59,362 nt of DNA from a virus (IMGVR_UViG_3300018481_000024:1-59362); one strand, 5' to 3'. Shown: positions 38,839-47,292, counted from the stretch's first letter. Numbers and translations: made by a program. Notes: generated from the sequence alone by a model not told the origin.

Positions 38839-39407
38839 CACCCCACCCCGTACGGGTAGACGATGCCGTCGTGGCCGTTGGTCATGTGCAGGTAAGCGGT
38901 GTTCACCCGGTAGGCCATCCGCTGGAGGTTGGCCGACGAGGTCACGATGTACAGCTTGCGCTCACCGTCGGGGTTGTCGGCTTGGAAGTCCGTGATGAAC
39001 CCGCCGATGGTGGACCACTCCCAGCCGGTGGCGTCGGTCATGTCCAGCTCGCTGATCAGGACCGACATCGTCTTCGACAGGGACCGGATCCGGGCAGCCA
39101 CGACATCGTCGGACATGGCGAGGCGGAAGAGCCGCAGCAGGTTCGCTCCGGTGAAGTGCCAGAAGTTGTCACCGGAGTCACGCAGCACCCGGTAGGTGAG
39201 GGCGTAGGCGTCGTCCATCGACTTGCCGTTGTAGTAGATGAACGTCCGCAGCGGTATCCCGTGCGCCCGCTCCATGAACTCCTCGGCCTTCGACTGCTCC
39301 TTCAGGGCCATGCGTCCTCCGGTGACGTAGCGGTTCTTCATCGGCGAGTTGAAGTCATCGATGATCGACCACCAGATGTCATCATCCACCGGGTCGTCAT
39401 TCATCAT
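38838..39407 (-). CDS. Degenerate DnaC/IstB-like helicase loader
   Basis: Upstream of dnaB; F.T.ANLL..FR.A, VLISELD, W....I..F, IVTSSANL follow DnaC order, but Walker A is missing. Confidence 0.55.
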   Translation of the reverse strand: MMNDDPVDDDIWWSIIDDFNSPMKNRYVTGGRMALKEQSKAEEFMERAHGIPLRTFIYYNGKSMDDAYALTYRVLRDSGDNFWHFTGANLLRLFRLAMSDDVVAARIRSLSKTMSVLISELDMTDATGWEWSTIGGFITDFQADNPDGERKLYIVTSSANLQRMAYRVNTAYLHMTNGHDGIVYPYGVG

Positions 39408-39855
39408 CGCGGTTCTCCCAGATGTCGATGAACCGCTGCTGCTCTTTCCGCCACCAGATCTCCTGCCGGATGGCTCGGCTCCCTTGGATGCTCATCCAGT
39501 TGGACAGGTTGGAGTGGGGAGCGAACGCGTAGGACCGCTCGGGCTGCTCGTAGAGGTACACCTCGTTGAAGAACTTGCTGACCGCCCACCGAGTCAGGTC
39601 GTGTCCCCACCTGTCCACCCACGAGGTGTAGTGGTCCCGCACGGTCTTCTGGTGGACCTTCCCTTCGTAGGTGTCAGGGAGCCGTGGGAGGTACTCGGGG
39701 TCGCACCGCTGGACGGCTTTCAGGAACTCCTTCACGCCATGATCCATCGTCCACTCCAGAGCATGTGCGTGGCCGGACGGATGAGCAGTAGCCATCGTCC
39801 GTTTCTCCCGAGCACCGAGCAGAGGTGGCTCCTCTTCCTGCTGTCGTCGTTTCAT
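39397..39855 (-). CDS. Hypothetical replication-module protein (possible initiator C-terminal partner)
   Basis: GGAG RBS; overlaps the DnaC-like gene. Confidence 0.55.
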   Translation of the reverse strand: MKRRQQEEEPPLLGAREKRTMATAHPSGHAHALEWTMDHGVKEFLKAVQRCDPEYLPRLPDTYEGKVHQKTVRDHYTSWVDRWGHDLTRWAVSKFFNEVYLYEQPERSYAFAPHSNLSNWMSIQGSRAIRQEIWWRKEQQRFIDIWENRDDE

Positions 39856-39914
39856 CCTGTCTCCGGTCTGGTTTCCATAAGCGGCCGAGCGCCAGCGAGG
39901 TCGCCCTCTTCAAG

Positions 39915-39967
39915 AGGTGTTTTTATTTATCTCTGTTTTCTTCTCTGTTCCCTCTCTGGTGCTGTCT
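39915..39967. other. Strand-asymmetric AT-rich tract with three CAGAGA units (candidate replication origin)
   Basis: Minus strand reads ACCAGAGAGGGAACAGAGAAGAAAACAGAGATAAATAAAAAC, between the wHTH gene and the DnaC/DnaB operon. Confidence 0.4.
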
Positions 39968-39989
39968 GTTGGCGTACATTGAACGGCGT

Positions 39990-40712
39990 TCACATTTCGA
40001 ACCAGAGGCCGTCAATCGGCAGTCCCCAAGCGGGATCTGGCCTCCAGACCGGTGGCTCAGGCGAAGTGAGGAATGTGTAGGTTTCCACATTCCTATTGTG
40101 TAGATCTACACAATCCTCACCGTCAGAATCGACCCCTTCGTATAGCAGTGAGGATTTGACGGAGCCGTCGTAGAGGAAGTCCTCCAGCGTCAGTGAGGGG
40201 ACGTTCGGGCAGGGCCGACCCTTCACCTTGGACACCTTGAGGTGACCGGTCAGGGTGATGTCCTGCACCGTGAACTCGTAGCGTTCACCCCGGCAGAACC
40301 TGATGAGGTCAGGCGCTGCTTCCAGCACGGGATACCGGACCGGGATGCCGTGCCACTGACCACCGCGACCCTCCTGTTCCACCTTCCCGGCGTTGACGAA
40401 GCCCTTCCGCCTCAGGCCGCTGATGGCCCGCCGGAGTTCAGACTCGTTGGCGACGAGGAACCTGTTGCCGGTGAAGTGGCTCGCCCCCATGAGGACGTAC
40501 TTCCACGGCCACGTCGGTGTGGTCGAGGCGATCAGCTTCACCAGCACCGCCGCCTCGTTCTTGAGCAGCCCCATGGACTGCCAGTGGTCGGTGATGAAGG
40601 CGGCGACGTTGTCCCGGTCCCGGTAGTAGCTGCGCCTCCGGTCCGGCCAGAACGTGTTCAGCACACGGCGGTGGACAACCCAGTCAGTTGCGCTACGGTG
40701 CGAGTTGGTCAA
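39990..40712 (-). CDS. Winged-HTH protein, candidate replication initiator
   Basis: GGGAG RBS before TTG 40712; L..NEAAVL..L ... ESELRRAISGLRRKGFV wHTH pattern; heads the replication operon. Confidence 0.55.
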   Translation of the reverse strand: MTNSHRSATDWVVHRRVLNTFWPDRRRSYYRDRDNVAAFITDHWQSMGLLKNEAAVLVKLIASTTPTWPWKYVLMGASHFTGNRFLVANESELRRAISGLRRKGFVNAGKVEQEGRGGQWHGIPVRYPVLEAAPDLIRFCRGERYEFTVQDITLTGHLKVSKVKGRPCPNVPSLTLEDFLYDGSVKSSLLYEGVDSDGEDCVDLHNRNVETYTFLTSPEPPVWRPDPAWGLPIDGLWFEM

Positions 40713-40868
40713 CAACCTTCTCCCTTCGAACAGGTGAGGGTCGACCGTAACAGGACCGTCGCTTCGTGCGGCGGTCCTGTTGCGTTGTGGGGCTGCTTTT
40801 TTCCTGAGTCCCTGAAGTCTCAGGTTTCCAATGGTGTATCTGTCACAAGATGGTATATAGTCTTGTAC

Positions 40869-41993
40869 ATGGAGCCGACAGCGAAGAACGTACCGAAGAT
40901 CAGGACCCATCTCCTGAGGAAGCTGACGCTGGCCCAGCGCAACTGGAGCCAGTTCCCCGTCACTCGTTTCGAGAACTACACCCCCAAGGCCCGCGTTGAG
41001 GTCATGCAGAACGAGATCGACGGCCTCACCGATGCCACCAACCTCTGGGTGTCACCGGAGTGGGTCGCCCACCTCGACACCATCGCCGCTCAGGTCTTCG
41101 AAGCCGACGCCGACATCGTGTTGGAGGAGATCGGCCTGTTCGCCGACAGCGGGTTCGTGGTGTTCCCCGATCCGATCTACATCCCGGCGGTCGACAGCAA
41201 GGCCGAGTTCCCGGTCAGCGCCATGATGTGGACGATTGACGAGGTCCAGTCCCAGCACGGCCTCCGCCGTGCCATGACCACCACCTCCTACATCTGGCGG
41301 GAGCACTACGCCCTCAGCGGCGAGATCGGGCTGCGGGTGGTGAGTCCCGAGAACAAGGAGGGGGAGCCGTACCTCATCACCGCACCCGGCGACACGCTGC
41401 TGACGAGGGACAACCTCCACCTCAACCGCCTGACCGACGAGGAGCAGGCGGTCATCAACGAGCGGGGCATCAACGATGTCGAGGTCCAGAAGGTGTGGGA
41501 CTCCGTCCTCGACAGGGCGTTCGGCGACGAGCAGTGGATGGGGATCGGGCGCAACGACTGGTTCTTCGACACCGCCGCCGACGACATGGGCGAGTCCATG
41601 ACCATCGTCCACGCCGAGTACCCCGAGTTGGCGGCACGCCACATCGCCATCGACCGCACCCTGTTCTGGACCCTCAACAAGCTGCTGACCGCCGAGCGCC
41701 ACACCGAGCGTCAGGTCCGCCAGCCCTCCACCAACAAGTCGAAGAAGCGGCGGAAGGCCACCGTCGGCAACGACGAGGTCCACATCATCCACCTCCGTAA
41801 GAACGCCCCGACCAAGCCGACCCTCAACCCCGGCAGCGGGCGCAAGCTCACCCACGAGTCCGAGACGCAGGGCCACTGGAAGATGCAGCCCTACGGACCG
41901 GGCCGGTCCCTCCGCAAGCGGATCTGGGTCGGCAAGTTCAAGCGGGGAGTGGGCCTCCCCCCGAAGGAACAGGTCTACTCACTCGACCGATAG
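40869..41993 (+). CDS. Hypothetical early protein with GHW..QPYGP...RK.IW C-terminal motif
   Basis: ATG 40869 lies 7 nt after TATAGT; basic C-terminal motif common in phage proteins; the ORF-track upstream extension is an antisense shadow. Confidence 0.75.
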   Translation: MEPTAKNVPKIRTHLLRKLTLAQRNWSQFPVTRFENYTPKARVEVMQNEIDGLTDATNLWVSPEWVAHLDTIAAQVFEADADIVLEEIGLFADSGFVVFPDPIYIPAVDSKAEFPVSAMMWTIDEVQSQHGLRRAMTTTSYIWREHYALSGEIGLRVVSPENKEGEPYLITAPGDTLLTRDNLHLNRLTDEEQAVINERGINDVEVQKVWDSVLDRAFGDEQWMGIGRNDWFFDTAADDMGESMTIVHAEYPELAARHIAIDRTLFWTLNKLLTAERHTERQVRQPSTNKSKKRRKATVGNDEVHIIHLRKNAPTKPTLNPGSGRKLTHESETQGHWKMQPYGPGRSLRKRIWVGKFKRGVGLPPKEQVYSLDR

Positions 41994-42018
41994 TCCATCA
42001 CCAACAAGGAGCAGTGCC

Positions 42019-42279
42019 ATGAGCCAGATGACAGTGGAGAAGATGAAGCAGCAGTTCGCCGATCCCGACGATTTCGAGAACGACCCCATGATCGCCTTGG
42101 TGGCGATGAAGGATCTCTCGGGCGTGACCGGCGGAATGATGTTCGGCGCAGCCGAGAAGCATGTGCGGGACAAGTACGACGGCAAGACCGAGATCCTCGG
42201 TTCCTGCCTGTCGGGGGAGCGCGATCGTGGACGCCCCGTGATCGCCGTCGCCCACCGGCCCCACGGAGAGGAGGCGTAA
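42019..42279 (+). CDS. Hypothetical protein
   Basis: AAGGAG RBS; phage-like codon usage. Confidence 0.65.
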   Translation: MSQMTVEKMKQQFADPDDFENDPMIALVAMKDLSGVTGGMMFGAAEKHVRDKYDGKTEILGSCLSGERDRGRPVIAVAHRPHGEEA

Positions 42280-42325
42280 ATACCTGAGGGACCCGGAATC
42301 TCAGGAATATCCCTGCTGGGGATCT

Positions 42326-42354
42326 TTGCGACTGACAACCGGATGGGTTACCGT
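42326..42354 (+). promoter_or_regulatory. Sigma70/HrdB-type promoter
   Basis: TTGCGA-17 nt-TACCGT. Confidence 0.55.
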
Positions 42355-42376
42355 TCGATGACAGGACAAAGTCAAG

Positions 42377-42406
42377 AAGCCCGCCGAGCGCGAACTCGGC
42401 GGGCTT
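42377..42406. terminator. 12-bp hairpin terminator/attenuator
   Basis: AAGCCCGCCGAG-CGCGAA-CTCGGCGGGCTT followed by TCCC. Confidence 0.7.
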
Positions 42407-42434
42407 TCCCATATCCCCGACAGGAGCGTTACCA

Positions 42435-42863
42435 ATGACCCGTCGAGTCAGACATCTTCTACTACTGACCCTTGCGTGCGCCAGTGTCCTTCTGGCCTCC
42501 GCCTGTACGGAGGAACAGAAGTCGCTGTGGCTGAGCCTGCCGCACGACCAGCAGGTGGCGGTGGCGAACTACATCAACCAGCAGAGCAGCGGCGACTGCT
42601 TCTCAGCCCTCGGTCACTTCTCCGGTGACCACGGCAAGGCCCGTCAGGTCATCATGCGCGAGTCGGGTAACAACCCGAGCGCCGCCAATCCGGGTTCATC
42701 GGCCCGAGGGTGCTTCCAGACGATGATGTCGATCCACGGCCCGAAGTACTACCAAGTGGGCTGCACGCCGAACGACTGGGACAACGCCGTGTGCAACACC
42801 AAGGTGGCCGACATTTTGTACCGATCATCGGGTTGGTCCCCGTGGGCAGCCAGCGGCGGTTGA
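42435..42863 (+). CDS. Secreted/lipoprotein lytic transglycosylase (SLT, Rpf-like size)
   Basis: AGGAG RBS; signal peptide ending LLASA-C; VIMRESG.NP.A.N..SSARGCFQ..N...A..LY...GWSPW. Confidence 0.85.
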   Translation: MTRRVRHLLLLTLACASVLLASACTEEQKSLWLSLPHDQQVAVANYINQQSSGDCFSALGHFSGDHGKARQVIMRESGNNPSAANPGSSARGCFQTMMSIHGPKYYQVGCTPNDWDNAVCNTKVADILYRSSGWSPWAASGG

Positions 42864-42878
42864 TAGCCTGAGAGGTTC

Positions 42879-43277
42879 ATGGATGAGGCGGACAGCACAT
42901 CGCTTCCCACCTTGAGTGGGGCTGTTCGTATCATTCAGGTGTCCGAGGGTGAGCCGGGTCCCGCCCCCCGCTCCCCTCGGACGCCTTTCTCGGAGATGCC
43001 GTTGAAGGTCGCCATCGGCGACTTCCTCCGCACCGCCGTCGTCGGTCGGTACCCGGTGTCCGCCGACGAGGAGTGGACGCTGATCCGCCTGACCCAGCAG
43101 CAGATACACCATGTCGCTGACTCCTACGACCGGCTGCTCGCGGAGAAGGACGCCTTCCAGCGGAAGTCGGAGAAGGTGACCGAAGTCCTCACCCTCCTCC
43201 GTCGGTCGAACACCCGGAAGAACCGGGAGTGGAACGATGCGATTGACACCGTGGCGAAATCACTGGATGAAATCTGA
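42879..43277 (+). CDS. Hypothetical protein
   Basis: GAGG RBS; coiled-coil C-terminus. Confidence 0.5.
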   Translation: MDEADSTSLPTLSGAVRIIQVSEGEPGPAPRSPRTPFSEMPLKVAIGDFLRTAVVGRYPVSADEEWTLIRLTQQQIHHVADSYDRLLAEKDAFQRKSEKVTEVLTLLRRSNTRKNREWNDAIDTVAKSLDEI

Positions 43278-43304
43278 CGGCTCAGGACACTCAGGATCGC
43301 CGCT

Positions 43305-43332
43305 TTGACCTCCTGATCACCTGTTGTATGGT
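43305..43332 (+). promoter_or_regulatory. Sigma70-type promoter for the candidate ncRNA
   Basis: TTGACC-16 nt-TATGGT. Confidence 0.55.
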
Positions 43333-43337
43333 GATTA

Positions 43338-43493
43338 CAGGCGAAGGGTGTGGTAGCCCCTCGTCGCTGCGCTCCGGCCCAACCGGTTGCAGTTTCTCCT
43401 TGGAGGAGTTGAGCCAGCCCCTACGGGGAACCGGCTCCTTCTAGGTAGATGGGAACGACGGCCTGCCCTTCGGGGCGGGCCGTCGTTGTGTTT
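43338..43493 (+). ncRNA. Candidate structured small RNA of about 155 nt
   Basis: Intergenic; four consecutive stem-loops plus a 15-bp cUUCGg terminator stem (43454-43487) followed by GTGTTT. Confidence 0.6.
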
Positions 43494-43546
43494 ACCGACA
43501 CATTGTGTTCTTCCTTTGTACCGGCGGGTACATATACTGCTAACCA

Positions 43547-43759
43547 ATGGCAGCACTGGAGGCAGCAATGGTCACGGCGGAGTGGCTAGGCGGTCCGCTC
43601 GACGGCATGGAGATGACGGTCGTAGGCGACACCGTTCGGTACCCCATCCAGATCGATACTGATGAACTCGGCACCAAGTGGGTCGAGGTCATCGTCGTCC
43701 CCGTCGAGCAGAGGGCCGACGGGAAGTTCGTCCTGCGCTGGCCGCAACTGACTAGTTGA
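43547..43759 (+). CDS. Small hypothetical protein
   Basis: GGPLDG motif; TATACT 8 nt before the ATG. Confidence 0.6.
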   Translation: MAALEAAMVTAEWLGGPLDGMEMTVVGDTVRYPIQIDTDELGTKWVEVIVVPVEQRADGKFVLRWPQLTS

Positions 43760-44022
43760 TGGCGTACGTCCTGCTGGGCTTCGCGGTGTTCGCCGTGATG
43801 ACCTACGGCATCGAAGCACTGGACGACCACACAGGATTCGAACTGCCCAGATGGGTTTATGTTCTGATCCGTTGGATTCTCGGGATGAGTCTGGCTATAA
43901 TCTGGGGCGGCTGGAGTAATTGGTACTTCGGCCCCGCAGTGGTCGGCGTTTCACGGATCACACTCAAACTGGACACCTATCTCACGGTGCTGATCGAATC
44001 CATTTCTCGCCAGCGCCGGTAA
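43759..44022 (+). CDS. Small membrane protein
   Basis: TGATG coupling; two or three hydrophobic segments. Confidence 0.6.
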   Translation: MAYVLLGFAVFAVMTYGIEALDDHTGFELPRWVYVLIRWILGMSLAIIWGGWSNWYFGPAVVGVSRITLKLDTYLTVLIESISRQRR

Positions 44023-44043
44023 CAACATCGGAGCACTACCACA

Positions 44044-45174
44044 ATGGACATGACACCACGGCCCTACGAGTTCATCATCGTCAGCGACGGTGACCCAGAC
44101 CACCTTCCACCGAAGGTCTTTGCCGAGGCACTCGCCGAGTTCGCGGAGATCACCAAGGGAGCCACCCTCATCGATGATGACGGCAACTCCGTCCCGACGA
44201 TGGACGTGAGCTTCCTCCCCTTCGCCACCGACGTTCTCCCCAAGCGGATCCTGACCGACATCGCTGCCATCTGCGGCAACGACCACGTCAGGGCGTACTC
44301 GTACTCCTACGGGGACACGCTGCCGTCGAAGGATGTGCGGGCCACCATGCCGCACCAGTTCGAATGGCCGGACGAGTACGGCGATGACATCGAAGTGGAT
44401 GGCCGGGAACAGGTCATCCTTCTGGCGGCTGGACATGACCTCGACCACGAAGCGCGCACCTTCATCGAGGAGGCGCTACAGCGGGGCCATCAGATCCTTG
44501 TCATCGATGAGGGTCTGTGGCAGTTGGACGCCATCACAGAACTGGAGCAACCCATGTCCGAGATCGACACCATGCAGGCGGAACTCGACGCCCTGACCGC
44601 CAGCGAGGAGGCGACACCCGAACCTTCGAAGGTCAGGACGAAGGTGAAGACGCCTCAGCCGGTGCCCGACAACGTGGCCGTCACCATCCCCTCGGTCGTG
44701 CAGAGCATCGATGAGGTCGACCCGGTCGATCCCAACTTCGGTGTCACCGCCGAGGACGACGCACCGATGGTGCCCGAGCAGATCCCGGTCACCCCCGCTG
44801 GTGAGCACGACGGCCAGCAGGGCGAGCACACCGGCCCGCCGCTCAACCCCGAGTGGGAAGCCATGGGTCGGAACGAACTGCGCGACCTCGTCAAGGAGAA
44901 GGGGCTGCACCCCACCGACTTCCGGTCGAAGCAGAGCCTGCTGGACTGTCTCTACGGACGGCCCGCCACGGTGAAGCCCCAGCGGCGCAGTCCCCTCAAG
45001 AAGAAGCAGGACGAGGTCGAGGCCATGACGGCCATGGACGCCGAGATCCCCGCCATCATCAAGGCGCTCAAGGGCGTGCTGGAAGAGCAGCAGGGCACGC
45101 TCGACAACCAGCAGGTGGTGCTGGCGAAGCTGGAAGCCCTGCTCACCATCGGTGAACGAGTGGGTGAATCCTGA
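44044..45174 (+). CDS. Hypothetical protein with C-terminal HeH/Rho-N-like nucleic-acid-binding module and coiled coil
   Basis: GGAG RBS; WEAMGRNELRDLVKEKGL.....SKQSLLDCL. Confidence 0.6.
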   Translation: MDMTPRPYEFIIVSDGDPDHLPPKVFAEALAEFAEITKGATLIDDDGNSVPTMDVSFLPFATDVLPKRILTDIAAICGNDHVRAYSYSYGDTLPSKDVRATMPHQFEWPDEYGDDIEVDGREQVILLAAGHDLDHEARTFIEEALQRGHQILVIDEGLWQLDAITELEQPMSEIDTMQAELDALTASEEATPEPSKVRTKVKTPQPVPDNVAVTIPSVVQSIDEVDPVDPNFGVTAEDDAPMVPEQIPVTPAGEHDGQQGEHTGPPLNPEWEAMGRNELRDLVKEKGLHPTDFRSKQSLLDCLYGRPATVKPQRRSPLKKKQDEVEAMTAMDAEIPAIIKALKGVLEEQQGTLDNQQVVLAKLEALLTIGERVGES

Positions 45175-45198
45175 CGGTTCTCCATACTCAGGATCTAT

Positions 45199-45232
45199 GT
45201 AGGAGGGACCGGAGCAATCCGGTCCCTTCTGC
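45199..45232 (+). terminator. Hairpin terminator with GCAA loop
   Basis: GTAGGAGGGACCGGA-GCAA-TCCGGTCCCTTCTGC. Confidence 0.7.
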
Positions 45233-45264
45233 GTTGGAGATCCAACTGTGTAGTCTAGGGAGCC

Positions 45265-46824
45265 ATGCCTGAACTTCGCTCCTACCAGCTTGAGGCCGCG
45301 GGGCTTGCCCAGCAGCGGGGCAGCCTCCTCCTCGGACTCATCATGGGCAGCGGCAAGAGTGCCGTCGCCATCGAAGCGGTGAAGCGCCGACGTGCCCGCC
45401 GGAAGACCACCCGAGGGTCGATCGTCTGTCCGGTCAGCCTCAAGTACCAGTGGGCCGAGGAGATCAAGAAGTGGGATCCCGGTGCCTCCATCGTCGTGGT
45501 GGACGGCACCAAGGGACAGCGCACGGCCCAGTATCAGATCGAAGCCGACTACACGATCCTCGGGTACTCCAACATCCAGCACGACTGGGACGAGGTGCGG
45601 AAGTACCTCCCGACCGACTTCATGATTCTGGATGAGTGCAGCGCCATCAAGGGCTTGAAGACCCAGCGGTCGAAGCGTCTCAAGGCCATGGCCTCCAAGG
45701 TCAGCCTCCGCATGGCGCTGACCGGCACGCCCACCGAGAACCGGCCCGAGGAACTGTTCTCCATCATGGAGTGGGTGGACCCCACCGTGTTCGGGGACTT
45801 CCGCAAGTTCGACCGGGTGTTCATCGTGCGGGACAACTGGGGCAAGCCCGTTCGGTACCACAACCTGAACCGGCTCCATGAGCTACTCGGCGACGCCATG
45901 TACAGGAAGTCCCGAAAGGATTTGGAGGAGTTCCTGCCCGAGCGGGTGTTCACCCAGATCCCGCTCCACTACCCCTACCCCAAGACTCAGGCGATCATCG
46001 AGTACGTCGCCCACGACATCATCCGGGTGATGGACCAGCACGCCGAGCAGCCCGGTGGTCAGTTCGACATCTCCGAGCACTACGGGATGTCCACGAAGGA
46101 CGACAAGGGCAACCGGCTCAAGGGTGAGGTGATGCGTCGGGTCAACGCCATGCGCCTCCTGCTGGATCACCCCGACCTCCTCGCGTGGTCCGCCGACAAC
46201 TACGAGGACGAATCCACCAACGACGGGTCGGAGTACTGCTACAGCCTCCTGACCAACCCGGCCCTGTCCGAACCGGAGCCGAACTCGGCGAAGCTCGACC
46301 TGTTGCTGGAGCACCTGACCGAGGTCTTCGACGGTGACCCCGATGCCAAGGTGGTTGTGTTCGCATCGTTCAAGCCGATGGTCCGCATCATCGGGGCAGC
46401 GCTCAAGGCCCGAGGGTGGGGCTTCGTCTCCATGACCGGAGACACCGCAGCGGCCACCCGGCAGAAGAGGATCGTCGCCTTCAACAAGTCCTCCAAGGTC
46501 AGGGTGTTCCTCTCCACCGACGCTGGTGCCTACGGCGTGAACCTCGACAGCGGCACCCACCTCATCAACTACGACTTCCCGTGGTCGGCGGGTGTGTTCG
46601 CCCAGCGCCGTGCCCGGATCGACCGGACCTCCACAGCTCACCGCACCATATTCGTGAGCGATCTGTTCCATCAGGATTCAGTAGAGGCTTACCAACTCCT
46701 GATGCTGGAGCACAAGCAGGACGTGGCCGATGCGTGGATCGATGACGGTGAGGTGGAGACGCTCAACGTCGATCTGGATAATCTCAGGAAATATCTGGAG
46801 AAGGCGTATCTAGGGATTGCGTAG
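45265..46824 (+). CDS. SNF2-family (SF2) helicase
   Basis: LRSYQ; MGSGKS; ILDECS; LTGTP.EN...EL; STDAG..GVNL; QR.ARIDR. Confidence 0.93.
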   Translation: MPELRSYQLEAAGLAQQRGSLLLGLIMGSGKSAVAIEAVKRRRARRKTTRGSIVCPVSLKYQWAEEIKKWDPGASIVVVDGTKGQRTAQYQIEADYTILGYSNIQHDWDEVRKYLPTDFMILDECSAIKGLKTQRSKRLKAMASKVSLRMALTGTPTENRPEELFSIMEWVDPTVFGDFRKFDRVFIVRDNWGKPVRYHNLNRLHELLGDAMYRKSRKDLEEFLPERVFTQIPLHYPYPKTQAIIEYVAHDIIRVMDQHAEQPGGQFDISEHYGMSTKDDKGNRLKGEVMRRVNAMRLLLDHPDLLAWSADNYEDESTNDGSEYCYSLLTNPALSEPEPNSAKLDLLLEHLTEVFDGDPDAKVVVFASFKPMVRIIGAALKARGWGFVSMTGDTAAATRQKRIVAFNKSSKVRVFLSTDAGAYGVNLDSGTHLINYDFPWSAGVFAQRRARIDRTSTAHRTIFVSDLFHQDSVEAYQLLMLEHKQDVADAWIDDGEVETLNVDLDNLRKYLEKAYLGIA

Positions 46825-46845
46825 CTGATACCAAACGTGTACTCT
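46817..46845 (+). promoter_or_regulatory. Sigma70-type promoter
   Basis: TTGCGT-17 nt-TACTCT. Confidence 0.6.
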
Positions 46846-46887
46846 TTGGAGGCAACCCATCTACCGAACCTCAAGGAGCACACCGAA

Positions 46888-47292
46888 ATGAACGAGCACT
46901 CCGGCTACGGCCAGCCCACAGGAACCGGGACGATCCCGATGAACGGCCCGTCCTACGGGCACTACGACCAGCCCTCCAACTGCAACCGTGGCTACGACTA
47001 CGACCGGGACGACTGGAACCTCAGCCCGTGGAACAGCACCTCGGCGAAGAACTTCGGCGCTGCCTACAGCGATGACCCCCGCATCCGCCACGCTGGCGTG
47101 GGCGGCGGCAACCTCAGCGGTGGCACCTACTACTCCGACGGCACCTACTACGGCAGTCAGGGTGGCGGCGGACAGGTCATCAACCTCGGTGAGGTCATCG
47201 TCGGCCTCGTCGTCATCATCGGCCTCCTCGCAGCCTTCGGACTCTTCGTGGTCCGTGGGATCCTGCGTGCCATGAACGGAGTCCGGCGATGA
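46888..47292 (+). CDS. Gly/Tyr-rich protein with C-terminal TM helix
   Basis: AAGGAG RBS before ATG 46888; hydrophobic C-terminal segment. Confidence 0.65.
   Translation: MNEHSGYGQPTGTGTIPMNGPSYGHYDQPSNCNRGYDYDRDDWNLSPWNSTSAKNFGAAYSDDPRIRHAGVGGGNLSGGTYYSDGTYYGSQGGGGQVINLGEVIVGLVVIIGLLAAFGLFVVRGILRAMNGVRR

Noticed and set aside
40242-40868. N-terminal extension of the 583-aa plus-strand ORF
   Set aside because: It is antisense to the wHTH gene and crosses the divergent promoter region; ATG 40869 fits a -10 element
42280-42434. c-di-AMP (ydaO) riboswitch ahead of the SLT gene
   Set aside because: The context is suggestive, but I cannot find the ydaO consensus blocks; only a promoter and one hairpin are supported
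43338-43493. tRNA or tmRNA
   Set aside because: No cloverleaf, T-loop GTTC or CCA end; no tRNA gene recognised anywhere in the window by eye
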